Notes under the pieces: model-generated
The model's database searches: none
The model's input: only the letters and a program-made list of their open reading frames with translations
Told to the model about the DNA's origin: nothing
Shown here: positions 17,825 to 27,267 of the stretch, in pieces
How positions within the stretch are numbered: position 1 is the first letter of the stretch
Layout of the letters: each line of letters begins with the position of its first letter
Position numbers and translations under genes: made by a program
Assembly: GCA_002500485.1 (NCBI GenBank)
Contig: DLRJ01000028.1
Span: 1 to 60,920 of the forward strand
DNA length: 60,920 nucleotides
Reading direction: 5' to 3'
From: Dehalococcoidia bacterium UBA7891
GTDB taxonomy: Bacteria; Chloroflexota; Dehalococcoidia; Lucifugimonadales; UBA826

Positions 17825-18790
17825 TTAGAACCATTTCTCTTTATCAACGATATTATTCAGTCCATCGTTATCCAGAAATAGCCGGGCATTTTCTATCAGT
17901 ATCTGATATCTACGTTCGGATAAGTTCTCTGCGTCTGCCACTGCAATGTGAGGCGTCATGAGAACGTTGTCTAGACCCCACAGTTTATGCTCTGAAGGTA
18001 AAGGTTCTGTTTCATAAACGTCAAGTCCGCATCCCGCAATAAGTCCTTTTTCCACCGCTTCAGCCAGGTCATCTAACTTACAGACCATACCTCTACCTAT
18101 ATTTATAAAATACGAGGTTTTCTTCATAAGGCCGAAAGTATCTTTATTGAATGTAAACTCTGTCTCAGGTGTGTGAGGCACTGTGGTGATCACAAAATCA
18201 GCTTGAGGAAGAAGTTCAGCAAGAGATTCAGGCTGGTACATCTCTACACCTTCAATTTTATATTCTTGTCTCGGGTCAATTCCGATTACCCGCATCCCAA
18301 GCTCGCGACATAGCCTTGCCGTTTCATGACCTATCCCACCTACTCCGTTGATTAAAGCAGTAGCATCTCCGAGAAAAACGTAAGGTGTTTTTCGGGCATC
18401 TTTATCCCAGATCCGTTCCCTTTTTGCGTCCATATACCATGGGAGTCCTCGAGATAAAGCCAATATAAACATTAGAATGTGGTGGGAGATATGATCCCAA
18501 TAGATTCCTCTAGGATTTGTAATCGTTAGGGAATGCTTACAGAGATCTTCGTAGTAATAGCCGAAAAAGGGTCCGGCGTCGGGATTGTGTAGCCATTGGA
18601 TTTTGGACGCAACCTCAAGAGCTTCAGGAGGTATCCATCCCATAGCTGCATCAGCATCTTTAATCACTCTTATAGCATCCTCATCTGTTTCAGGGGAATG
18701 AACATCATATTCGGGCAAAGTGTCAGAAAGTCTGGCAGCGAACTCACGTTTAAGATCATCTTGGGGCGGCATAAAAACAAATTTTGGCAT
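17825..18790 (-). CDS. D-2-hydroxyacid dehydrogenase
   Basis: GVGGIG, INIGRG, LDVYETEPLP and TPHIA motifs. Confidence 0.92.
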   Translation of the reverse strand: MPKFVFMPPQDDLKREFAARLSDTLPEYDVHSPETDEDAIRVIKDADAAMGWIPPEALEVASKIQWLHNPDAGPFFGYYYEDLCKHSLTITNPRGIYWDHISHHILMFILALSRGLPWYMDAKRERIWDKDARKTPYVFLGDATALINGVGGIGHETARLCRELGMRVIGIDPRQEYKIEGVEMYQPESLAELLPQADFVITTVPHTPETEFTFNKDTFGLMKKTSYFINIGRGMVCKLDDLAEAVEKGLIAGCGLDVYETEPLPSEHKLWGLDNVLMTPHIAVADAENLSERRYQILIENARLFLDNDGLNNIVDKEKWF

Positions 18791-18883
18791 ATCCTACTCC
18801 TAGTATTCCTTGATGTGAACCTGGAAACTTAATGAGGATATAACACTTACCAAAATCGGTAAATTGATAGGCTGGAGATTTTA

Positions 18884-19717
18884 ATGACCGTAGTGGATAC
18901 TCACACCCATGCCGGAGTTAACTGGTTTGAACCCGTGGAGATGTTGCTGCACCAGATGACCCTGAATCAGGTGGACCATGCTGTTCTAATACAACATGGC
19001 AGACCAGAATATGGAACATATGATCATAGTTACTTATACGAATGCGTCGAAAGGTTTCCAGGGAAATTTAACATAGTCGTCATTGTAGACTCTGATAAGA
19101 AGGACTCATTGAGGAAATTGGAGGAACATAAAGAAAAAGGAGCTGTGGGTGTTCGCCTCACAGCCACCACCCGTTCCCCCGGACCAGACCAATTTGCTAT
19201 TTGGCGGAAAGCTGCTGAACTTGGAATGGTTGTTAGTTGCATGGGTACCGTAGACGATTTCTCATCTGATCAATTTGCAGAGCTTGTAGCTGAATTTCCC
19301 ACAATTCCTATAATAATTGAGCATTTAGCAGGGGGGGGAGAAGGGAGTGCATTCCCACGGAATGGGAAGGCTCCGGTTTCTCCGTTTTCTAAATATAAAA
19401 AGGCTATGCAATTGGGTGATTTTGGGAACACATATTTAAAAATTCATGGACTAGGGGAATTTAATATTAGACCAAATGCTTTAAAGGAAAAATTCGACAG
19501 GAATTTTTTTGATGATATCCCTCCCCTGTTAGAGATGGCGAAAGATGCTTTTGGGTATAAAAAAATTATGTGGGGTAGTGATTACCCTCCCGTTAGTGGC
19601 AGGGAAGGTTATAGAAATGCAATGAAGACAGCTATGGACAATCCTGTTTTCCCAGAACCCACAGAAATTGAATGGATTATGGGCGGAACTGCTCTAACTT
19701 TGTTCAATTTTGTATAA
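18884..19717 (+). CDS. Amidohydrolase_2 family (L-fuconolactonase-like)
   Basis: DTHTH, IIEHLA and MWGSDYP motifs; GGAG RBS. Confidence 0.88.
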   Translation: MTVVDTHTHAGVNWFEPVEMLLHQMTLNQVDHAVLIQHGRPEYGTYDHSYLYECVERFPGKFNIVVIVDSDKKDSLRKLEEHKEKGAVGVRLTATTRSPGPDQFAIWRKAAELGMVVSCMGTVDDFSSDQFAELVAEFPTIPIIIEHLAGGGEGSAFPRNGKAPVSPFSKYKKAMQLGDFGNTYLKIHGLGEFNIRPNALKEKFDRNFFDDIPPLLEMAKDAFGYKKIMWGSDYPPVSGREGYRNAMKTAMDNPVFPEPTEIEWIMGGTALTLFNFV

Positions 19718-20912
19718 CATTAATTTTCATCGAGGCTGGGCTATCGCTGCAGCGTGCTTTTTGGCTTCTTCTGTTGCCGTAGGTGGGTCTCAATACTCAT
19801 TTGGCCATTTCGTTGAGCCTTTGGAAAATACTTTTGGTTGGACACGGACCCAAATAGGGCTGTCCTTGTCTTTAATCGCATTTGGATCGTTTATATCACC
19901 ATTGATCGGGTCCCTGATAGATAAACAGGGATCAAGACGAATAATGGCCTTTTCTATGGCTGTATTTGGCATTAGTTATCTTGTTAGACCGTTCATGACA
20001 GAACTGTGGCATTGGTATTTCCTAAGTGTCGTTCAATCTTTCTCCATGGTCGGAGCCGCAATGTTGCCTCCTGGTAAATTGGTCGGGTTATGGTTTCCTG
20101 AAAATCGAGGGAGAGTAATCGGCATAACTGCGATGGGAAATAATTTCGGCGGAATGGTAATACAACCAATTATTGCATTTTTGGTTACCGTATATAACTG
20201 GAAGGTTGCTTATGCAGTTGTTGGGGCTTTGGGGATTTTGGTATCCATATATTCTTATTTGGTTGTAAAAAATCCAGATTCCGAAAGTAAAGGAATATTA
20301 GAGTCGGAAAGGAACACCGACAATTTGACTGGATTTACTTTGAAAGAGGCAATTCGCACAAAAACTTTTTATGCTATTACCTTTGCGATACTATGCGGGA
20401 CATTTACTTATAGTTCATTGTTACCCCAAGTTTCTTCTCATCTCATTATTAATGGGGTGAGAGAAAGCACTGCATCCATAGCGGTAAGCTTGTTTGCTAC
20501 CTGTGGAATGGTGGGCAAATTTGTCTTCGGTAATTTGTCCGATAAATATGGTCCACGCATGGCCTTAGTTTTAGATTTGTGTGGGCAAGCAATTTTCGCC
20601 TCGCTGCTTGTTTATGCAGGAGATGGACTTCCAGTGTGGGTAATTGTTCCCGCTATGGGGTTTTTTCTGGGGGCCTTTGGAGCCCTTTATCAACTAATAG
20701 TGATTGACGCATTTGGGGTGAAACATTTTGGTGCAATAATGGGGGTCATAGCAATATCCAATGCTGTACCTTCATTTCTGGGTCCCATCATAGCGGGAAT
20801 GAGTTTCGATATCACTGGTAGCTATGCAGTTGCCTTTGTCATCACGTCTGTAATATTTGTGCTTGGTGCAATATCACTGAAATTCACGCGGGAAAATGGT
20901 ACTTTGGGCTGA
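19710..20912 (+). CDS. MFS transporter (OFA/MCT-like)
   Basis: GSLIDKQGSR, WFPENRGR and GNLSDKYGPR motifs; overlaps the upstream gene by 8 nt. Confidence 0.9.
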   Translation: MYNINFHRGWAIAAACFLASSVAVGGSQYSFGHFVEPLENTFGWTRTQIGLSLSLIAFGSFISPLIGSLIDKQGSRRIMAFSMAVFGISYLVRPFMTELWHWYFLSVVQSFSMVGAAMLPPGKLVGLWFPENRGRVIGITAMGNNFGGMVIQPIIAFLVTVYNWKVAYAVVGALGILVSIYSYLVVKNPDSESKGILESERNTDNLTGFTLKEAIRTKTFYAITFAILCGTFTYSSLLPQVSSHLIINGVRESTASIAVSLFATCGMVGKFVFGNLSDKYGPRMALVLDLCGQAIFASLLVYAGDGLPVWVIVPAMGFFLGAFGALYQLIVIDAFGVKHFGAIMGVIAISNAVPSFLGPIIAGMSFDITGSYAVAFVITSVIFVLGAISLKFTRENGTLG

Positions 20913-20934
20913 TGCTAAGGGGAAGCTACTTTTT

Positions 20935-21678
20935 CTATAATGAGCGCAGATATCTCACTACTGGATGTGATTCCCAGTCGTTTTGGGAAGAGTCACTAAC
21001 GGCGAATGATTCAAAATGGGGACCTTCTCTTTCAGAAAGGTGTGCTGCGAACTCTTGGGCATCTTCTTGGCTTTTATAATTTTTTAGGCCTTCTATTTTG
21101 TACCTAATGGTGTCATCAATATCTATGATCAAGTCCATATTCTTTTCAACTGGACTTAATTGTAGATTGTACATTTTCGCTATATCTTCCGGAATGGAAG
21201 GGTAGATCAGAAGCGGAGTGTTTTCCCCTGTAGGATTAGTATATTTTTCATAGGCAATCAGAGTGGATTTATGGATGGCTATGTGATCCGGATGGTTGGA
21301 TATGCCACTTGGGCCGAAGGTCGATACAACATCTGGTTCAACCATATGCATTATGTCTAGAATTTTTATCGCTAACACCTCAGGGTCTTCTTTTTCCAGT
21401 TCCTGGTCTACGTACCGCAACATAAAGGGTGGATTTGCCCCGTAGGCTTTCATGTTTGTTTTTAATTCGCATTCTCTAACAGAGGCAAGATCCTCCCTTT
21501 TGATCTTGCTACCATCGGTTCCCAATGTACCTAACTCCCCTCCCGTGGCTGTGATAACGTAGACTTGGTGGCCTTTGTCACTTAGCTTTACCATAGTGCC
21601 ACCACTGGCAGAGGTTTCATCATCTGGGTGTCCGTACACTCCCAACCAAACGATGCTTTCTTTATTAAACGATTTCAT
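20935..21678 (-). CDS. PIG-L/LmbE family deacetylase (MshB/BshB-like)
   Basis: HPDDE, TGGELG and HPDH zinc-binding motifs. Confidence 0.9.
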   Translation of the reverse strand: MKSFNKESIVWLGVYGHPDDETSASGGTMVKLSDKGHQVYVITATGGELGTLGTDGSKIKREDLASVRECELKTNMKAYGANPPFMLRYVDQELEKEDPEVLAIKILDIMHMVEPDVVSTFGPSGISNHPDHIAIHKSTLIAYEKYTNPTGENTPLLIYPSIPEDIAKMYNLQLSPVEKNMDLIIDIDDTIRYKIEGLKNYKSQEDAQEFAAHLSEREGPHFESFAVSDSSQNDWESHPVVRYLRSL

Positions 21679-22393
21679 TGGTAATTCCGTAGGTCATTTT
21701 AACAATCATTTCATCGAGCCTCACACAGTCCCGGCATCTATTTCTTCCTTTAGGAGGTATTTTCATTTTGGAGACAGAATGGACTAAATCTAATATCGGC
21801 GGGATCAGTTTTTCTGGTCTTCTTTCAACTTCAATTATATTGGATTTAAATCCGAGAGCTATTCCCATCTCTGAAGTAGAGGAATTAGATGATGCGAACT
21901 CTTTTTGACTTTCCGGTTCCATAAATATCAAATAGAGGCGACTGATAGGGCTGTATCCGACGGATTCCGCTATCCACGCATAAGCATTTAGCTGCATTTG
22001 ATACGATAACAGGGCAAATGTTCTTTCAGGGTTGTAGCGTGAGGTTTTGTAATCGGCAATCACATAGGACCCGTCTGAAAGGCGAAATATTGCGTCTGCT
22101 TCCCCTCTCACCCTTATCCCGGTGTTTTCATCATCCCTGTAAAATTTTCTCCAATTTGGAGGTTTTATGTTCTCTGTGACTTCTCCGATTTCTTCCAACC
22201 AGTCAGGTAACCGGGAAAATTTTTCAAAAAATGCAGAAATGACGTTTTTAGTAAAACTGTCTATCGAACTAAATATAGAAGGGAATGTTTGATAAGGAAG
22301 ATCCTTGACGTGCATTCTTATCCAGGCACACCTTAAGCAAGGATATCGTGTTGCATAGTTGCCTAATTCAGTTGCCGAGATTGTAATAGCCAT
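21665..22393 (-). CDS. PD-(D/E)XK nuclease, RecB/Cas4-like, with two CxxC motifs
   Basis: VRGEADAI, IADYKTS and QLNAY motifs; CLRC at the N-terminus and CRDC at the C-terminus. Confidence 0.85.
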   Translation of the reverse strand: MAITISATELGNYATRYPCLRCAWIRMHVKDLPYQTFPSIFSSIDSFTKNVISAFFEKFSRLPDWLEEIGEVTENIKPPNWRKFYRDDENTGIRVRGEADAIFRLSDGSYVIADYKTSRYNPERTFALLSYQMQLNAYAWIAESVGYSPISRLYLIFMEPESQKEFASSNSSTSEMGIALGFKSNIIEVERRPEKLIPPILDLVHSVSKMKIPPKGRNRCRDCVRLDEMIVKMTYGITNEIV

Positions 22394-22459
22394 TTTATGT
22401 ATGTGGTTATACTAGATTGAATATATTTCGGGACATTATTACAAAAAAAGAGGCTGGTT

Positions 22460-23326
22460 GTGGAAAAACGTCGACTTGGGAGAACTGGACACAGCAGTAC
22501 AGTAATTACCTTCGGAGCCTATTCGATAGGAAAACTAAGTCAGCCAGAGGCAGATTCTGCCATCCAAATGTGTTTGGATTACGGAGTCAATCATATAGAT
22601 ATAGCACCTGGATACTCAGAATCGATGGAACGTGTTGCGCCATGGATGCCGGATTTACGCTCCAAGATGTTCTTGGGTTGTAAGACTCCAATGAGAACTA
22701 GGGATGATGTGTGGAGCAATGTGCAAGACATAATGGGTCGTATGAATGTGGACTCTTTTGATTTGTTCCAATTGCATTCGGTAATAGATCTTGAAACTCT
22801 AGATCTCGTGACAGGAAAAGGTGGGGCCTTGGAGGCGTTAATAGAGATGCAGGAACAAGGGCTTACGAAATATCTTGGTATTACTGGGCATGGCCCTTCT
22901 TCACCGGCTACACATCTAGAGGCATTGAGAAGGTTTAATTTTGATACTGTGATGTTTCCGGTGAATGCTTCGATGTATAGAAATCCTGAGTACCAGAAAG
23001 ATTCAGATGCATTAATTCAATTTTGCAATCAAAATGATGTAGGAATCCAGACAATAAAGATGATTGCCAGAGGGGGATGGGCTGATAAAGAAAAAGACTG
23101 TGCTACCTGGTACGACCCCTATAGGGAACAGAAAGAAATAGATGAAGCTTTGTGGTGGCAGTTATCGCAAAAAATAGATACGGCCCCTAGCTGTGGAGAG
23201 TTCTCATTACTTGAAAAAGTTTTGGATGCTGGGTCACGGTTTCAACAGTTATCAACAGAGGCCCAAGAAAACATAACTTCAACAAGGGTTTCCATTGATC
23301 CAGAGCCCAAATTAGCAATAATTTAA
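22460..23326 (+). CDS. Aldo/keto reductase
   Basis: RRLGRTG, IDIAPGY, DLFQLH and LGITGH motifs; GTG start behind GAGG. Confidence 0.92.
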   Translation: MEKRRLGRTGHSSTVITFGAYSIGKLSQPEADSAIQMCLDYGVNHIDIAPGYSESMERVAPWMPDLRSKMFLGCKTPMRTRDDVWSNVQDIMGRMNVDSFDLFQLHSVIDLETLDLVTGKGGALEALIEMQEQGLTKYLGITGHGPSSPATHLEALRRFNFDTVMFPVNASMYRNPEYQKDSDALIQFCNQNDVGIQTIKMIARGGWADKEKDCATWYDPYREQKEIDEALWWQLSQKIDTAPSCGEFSLLEKVLDAGSRFQQLSTEAQENITSTRVSIDPEPKLAII

Positions 23327-24591
23327 GGGTATCTGTAATTTCTTAACCCAGTTATTAGGCGCCATACAAGAAGGACCACGCAAACAGATACTGTTCCGCC
23401 TAATAGCATAGTGTTTCCAGCTCCAATTCGTTCGGACATGAAGCCAACCTCAAATGTTCCTATATTATTTGCTGCCATCGCGCAAAAAGAATGAAAACTT
23501 ACAGCTCTACCTCTCATATGGTCAGGAGTTGTTAATTGCACCGTAGTTTGTCTGGTAGTCATACCTATTGCGTCAGTCGCACCCAGTCCGGAAATTATTC
23601 CTCCCCCGATTAATAATAAAAACAACGGGTGTACGTTGAGGAACTGAATTGAGCCGAATCCGAATAACAAAAGGGAATATACTCCTGTAGCGTATAGAAC
23701 CAGCATTCCTTTGGAGCGATATTTAGCCAAGAAAAGGACAAGGAAACTTCCACAAACTCCGCCCAGAGAATTGGCGGCTGAGAGAGGTCCTATAGCCCAG
23801 GCACCTTGCTTGAATAACTTATCGACTATTAAAGGCATGATTTCTCTGTAAAAGCTTACGACGGTAACCCCTATGTCCATGATATATAGACCAGGAAGTA
23901 TGGGATGGTTTCTAACAAATGTGAATCCTTCCCACAATCTTGAAGTCATAGAGCCTTCTGAAGGTTTATCAGATCCATCGGTACCGTAATTGGCATTAAT
24001 AAACAACGGTATTATTGAGGCTGGTAGGGAAAAACACACGCCTATTAAAAATACGGCAGGTAGTCCGACTAATTTATATGCAAGGGAAAATAATAAAGGT
24101 GTCAGGATGGAGCTTATTTGATATGTAGCTGTATTAGAAGTGACAGCATGTAGCAGGTGGGAAGTGGGTACTACATTGGCTGTTATCGCGGAACGGGCTG
24201 GCCCACCCATTGTACTTGTAACTCCGAGTATTGCGACCATTGCATATATGTGCCAAGGCTTTAAAGAATCGGTGATTAATAGAATTGTGGCGAGGGCTAT
24301 TAAGAAGAAGCTAAAGCACTGAGTGATCGCTATTAGCTTTTTTCGATCAAACTGGTCAGCGAATGCTCCTCCAAATAATGAGGCCGGCATTTGGACAGCA
24401 AGTTGAACCAATCCTAGTAATCCGAGTTGTATTCCTGAACCTGTCTCCTCATAAAGCCACACACCAAATCCAAGCAGCCGGATCTGCATGGTAACTGAGG
24501 CGCACAACCCCGATACCCATAGCATTCTGAAATTTGGAAACCTGAAAGCAGACCAAGGTTTTATATTGGGAGAGTCTTCTGTATTACGCAA
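23323..24591 (-). CDS. MFS transporter (DHA3/EntS-like)
   Basis: GGAFADQFDRKK and TPDHMRGR motifs. Confidence 0.9.
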   Translation of the reverse strand: MRNTEDSPNIKPWSAFRFPNFRMLWVSGLCASVTMQIRLLGFGVWLYEETGSGIQLGLLGLVQLAVQMPASLFGGAFADQFDRKKLIAITQCFSFFLIALATILLITDSLKPWHIYAMVAILGVTSTMGGPARSAITANVVPTSHLLHAVTSNTATYQISSILTPLLFSLAYKLVGLPAVFLIGVCFSLPASIIPLFINANYGTDGSDKPSEGSMTSRLWEGFTFVRNHPILPGLYIMDIGVTVVSFYREIMPLIVDKLFKQGAWAIGPLSAANSLGGVCGSFLVLFLAKYRSKGMLVLYATGVYSLLLFGFGSIQFLNVHPLFLLLIGGGIISGLGATDAIGMTTRQTTVQLTTPDHMRGRAVSFHSFCAMAANNIGTFEVGFMSERIGAGNTMLLGGTVSVCVVLLVWRLITGLRNYRYP

Positions 24592-24760
24592 AAAGTATAA
24601 AACCTACTGGCGCATTTGCTTCAGGGGGTTGACTCTGATTTCTATATGGTTTCACGGATAGTTATTATAAACTAAGTGATAATTCAAAGGTTTAAAAAGC
24701 GGGGGCTATAAGATTCTGTTTATACATTTGGTATCGTCTTGCAAGCAATTCGTCGGAGTG

Positions 24761-25363
24761 ATGGTGGCACGATTGTGGGTGTTGTTTCCCATTTGTATTG
24801 GGTTGTCGCTAGCAATAGTAGGGGTTGAGGGATTATACGAACCGGGGTCTATAAGCTTCGGCATTTATGATTGGGGACCTCGATTAGTTGGGTCTAACGA
24901 TTGGGTGTATTGTTCCTTTATTCCTTCAGGACTACTGATCACGGGATATTTTTTGGTTGGCATGTCTGCTTTGAAGGACAATCCTCTGGCTCGCATCTTT
25001 AAAAAGGTCGTTCTTTACATTTTTGGATTTTTATTTCTGGGGATTGGAATAGCAGGATATTTTCTGCCGATGTTGCCCGGCACTATATTTCTTATTCTTT
25101 CTGCCGTTTGTTTCATGCGGTCCAATGAAAAGATGTATCGCTGGGTCACGGAGCATAGACTTTTTGGAAGACATGTAAAACAATTTATGGAAACGGGCGC
25201 TATGCCTAAAAGGGCCAAATTCATCTCTATTGGGTGCATATGGTTTTTCTCAGCCATATCAACATCGCCGATAACCCCTTACGGCTGGCAATTCAAAGCT
25301 ATAGTGGTTTCCCTTGCTGTTATAGGTACGTTCTATATACTGACGCGTCCAAACTCCAAATAG
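24761..25363 (+). CDS. YbaN/DUF454 family membrane protein with N-terminal 2-TM extension
   Basis: GIAGYFLPMLPGTIFLILSAVCFMRS...W..EH.LFG is typical of DUF454. GGAG precedes ATG 24761; alternative start at ATG 24962. Confidence 0.8.
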   Translation: MVARLWVLFPICIGLSLAIVGVEGLYEPGSISFGIYDWGPRLVGSNDWVYCSFIPSGLLITGYFLVGMSALKDNPLARIFKKVVLYIFGFLFLGIGIAGYFLPMLPGTIFLILSAVCFMRSNEKMYRWVTEHRLFGRHVKQFMETGAMPKRAKFISIGCIWFFSAISTSPITPYGWQFKAIVVSLAVIGTFYILTRPNSK

Positions 25364-25373
25364 AGATTATTTA

Positions 25374-25652
25374 CTAGAGAACCGAAACTTTGATTTGTGG
25401 GTTAGCTTCTCCCCTCTTAAGTGCTTCTATTATGGTATCTGCAAGTTTTTTAGCTGATTGAGGACTTAACTCGACAGCAACTCTCGATCCAACCCCCCGC
25501 GATTGGTTAACAAAATCTATGTTAACGCCGTACTCCCAAGGTGCGTTGAATGGATGATCATAAGATACGTTGACCATTTCTAGGGGGAACCATCCATCCC
25601 TGCCTTTCCCACTTCCCTCGACCTCTGTTCGTTCACATATCATTGTGCACAT
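25374..25652 (-). CDS. DUF6295-like small protein
   Basis: MCT...GSGKG..GWF....VSYDHP...NIDF...RVAVELS pattern recalled for this family; AAAGGA RBS. Confidence 0.75.
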   Translation of the reverse strand: MCTMICERTEVEGSGKGRDGWFPLEMVNVSYDHPFNAPWEYGVNIDFVNQSRGVGSRVAVELSPQSAKKLADTIIEALKRGEANPQIKVSVL

Positions 25653-25673
25653 AATGAATATTTCCTTTTAAAT

Positions 25674-26429
25674 TTAACTCAAAGTTCTACTTAAAAACGT
25701 TAGCATTTTGTCCCATCCATCAACCGCTGAACTCTGGTGATATATGGGCCGGTCGAAATAAAAGAAGCCATGACCAGCTTCTGGATACCTGTGAAACTCT
25801 ATATCCTTTCCTGCCGCTTTCAACTCTGCTTCGTGTTGGTTTACTTGTTCGGGAGTTGGGCTTTGATCTAAATCCCCAAAAATGCCCAGCAATGGGGCGT
25901 TCAAATCTTGAGTATACGAATTTGGAGAGACAGGTTGCTTATCTGTTAATTGCTCGTCAGACATAATGACGTTTCCACCCCAACATTCCACTATGGCATC
26001 AAAACAGTCGAGTCGACACCCGGCTAGAAATACGTGTCTACCTCCTGAGCATGTTCCAAATGTCCCGACTTTACCATTTGAACTCGGCAGAGACAGAACG
26101 TATTTGGCTGCAGCTTCCAAATCACCCATGACTTGATCATCTGATACTCCGCCCTCTGCTCTTACTGCTGCTGCAACGTCTTCGGGGGTACCGTGTGCCT
26201 CCCTGCAATAAAGATCTGACGATATAGCTAGGTATCCATGATGCGCCAATTTGCGTGTAAATTCGCGATATAATTCATCCCACCCTGGCAAGTGGTGAGC
26301 CAAAACTACGGCTGGAAACGGGCCTGCCCCCATTGGTCTCGCAAAATACGTATGTATTGCGTCCCCGTTTGTCCCATTAATAGTGATAGTTTCTGCGATG
26401 ATTCCCTCGAATTGTTCTGTTGTATACAT
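25674..26429 (-). CDS. Dienelactone hydrolase family protein
   Basis: GTCSGG nucleophile, GDLD acid and AGHGF His. Confidence 0.93.
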   Translation of the reverse strand: MYTTEQFEGIIAETITINGTNGDAIHTYFARPMGAGPFPAVVLAHHLPGWDELYREFTRKLAHHGYLAISSDLYCREAHGTPEDVAAAVRAEGGVSDDQVMGDLEAAAKYVLSLPSSNGKVGTFGTCSGGRHVFLAGCRLDCFDAIVECWGGNVIMSDEQLTDKQPVSPNSYTQDLNAPLLGIFGDLDQSPTPEQVNQHEAELKAAGKDIEFHRYPEAGHGFFYFDRPIYHQSSAVDGWDKMLTFLSRTLS

Positions 26430-26463
26430 TTTTACTCCTCTAATTTGATTGATGGATTGATTA

Positions 26464-27258
26464 TTAGGAAAACACGGCTGTACCTACACCACCACCCGCG
26501 GCTATCGATTCACCAGTTATAGCGGAGGCTCTCGGAGAACATAAAAATACCGCTAGAGAGGCTATCTCTTCAGCCTCCACCATTCTTTGTATATCAATAA
26601 ATTGTGTAGCCTTTTTTTCGATATCCTCAACGGATAAGCCTTGGGTATGCGCGATGTTTTCTTGCATTGGTTGCGTTCTTTCTGTTCTGGTGGCACCTGG
26701 ATGTATGATATTGGCCGTTATGCCAAATTGGCCTAATTCATTGGAGAGAGTTTTTGTTAGGTGGACTAGGGCTAGGTTTCGCATGCCACTGATAGCTCCT
26801 GCAGTTCTTGCCGCCAAACCCCCAATATTGATTATTCTGCCCCATTGTCCTTTTTTCATATAAGGCACAGACTTTTTTGTCGATCGTAAGTATCCAACAA
26901 CTTTGGTATCTATGTCCTTTATAAGTTCTAATGGGTCAGCCTGGTCTAGTGGACCCATGACCAACCCACCTGGGGCGGCGGCATTGTTTATTAGAATATC
27001 CAGCCCCCCAAGATTAGAAGCGGCCCCATCTATAAACATGGAAATCGAGCTATCATCTCGAGTATCTGCAACTGCAGTAAAAACCTTCACATCATAATTG
27101 GAAGTTATCTCGTCAGCGGTTTCTATTAAGTCTGATTTGTTTCTTGCGCACAACCCCAAATCAACGCCTTCTTTGGCCAATTCCCTTGCAATAGCTTTCC
27201 CGATTCCTTTGCTACCGCCGGTGATTATTGCTTTTTTACCGCTTATGGAAAGTTCCAC
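26464..27258 (-). CDS. Short-chain dehydrogenase/reductase, atypical active site
   Basis: TGGSKGIG, INNAA and HPGAT motifs; no YxxxK (SGMRN in its place). Confidence 0.9.
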   Translation of the reverse strand: MELSISGKKAIITGGSKGIGKAIARELAKEGVDLGLCARNKSDLIETADEITSNYDVKVFTAVADTRDDSSISMFIDGAASNLGGLDILINNAAAPGGLVMGPLDQADPLELIKDIDTKVVGYLRSTKKSVPYMKKGQWGRIINIGGLAARTAGAISGMRNLALVHLTKTLSNELGQFGITANIIHPGATRTERTQPMQENIAHTQGLSVEDIEKKATQFIDIQRMVEAEEIASLAVFLCSPRASAITGESIAAGGGVGTAVFS

Positions 27259-27267
27259 GACAGTTAA

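Noticed and set aside
20907-20918. MFS stop GGC-TGA-TGC-TAA as a possible C-terminal Sec-Cys
   Set aside because: The MFS is already complete, there is no redox context, and I saw no SECIS-like hairpin. Probably chance.
21665-22393. CRISPR-Cas locus suggested by the Cas4-like gene
   Set aside because: No repeat-spacer array and no cas1/cas2 or effector genes in the window; the Cys pattern differs from Cas4.
24592-24960. Possible ncRNA or riboswitch upstream of the DUF454 region
   Set aside because: No recognisable RNA family motif; most of the stretch is better explained as coding sequence with an RBS.
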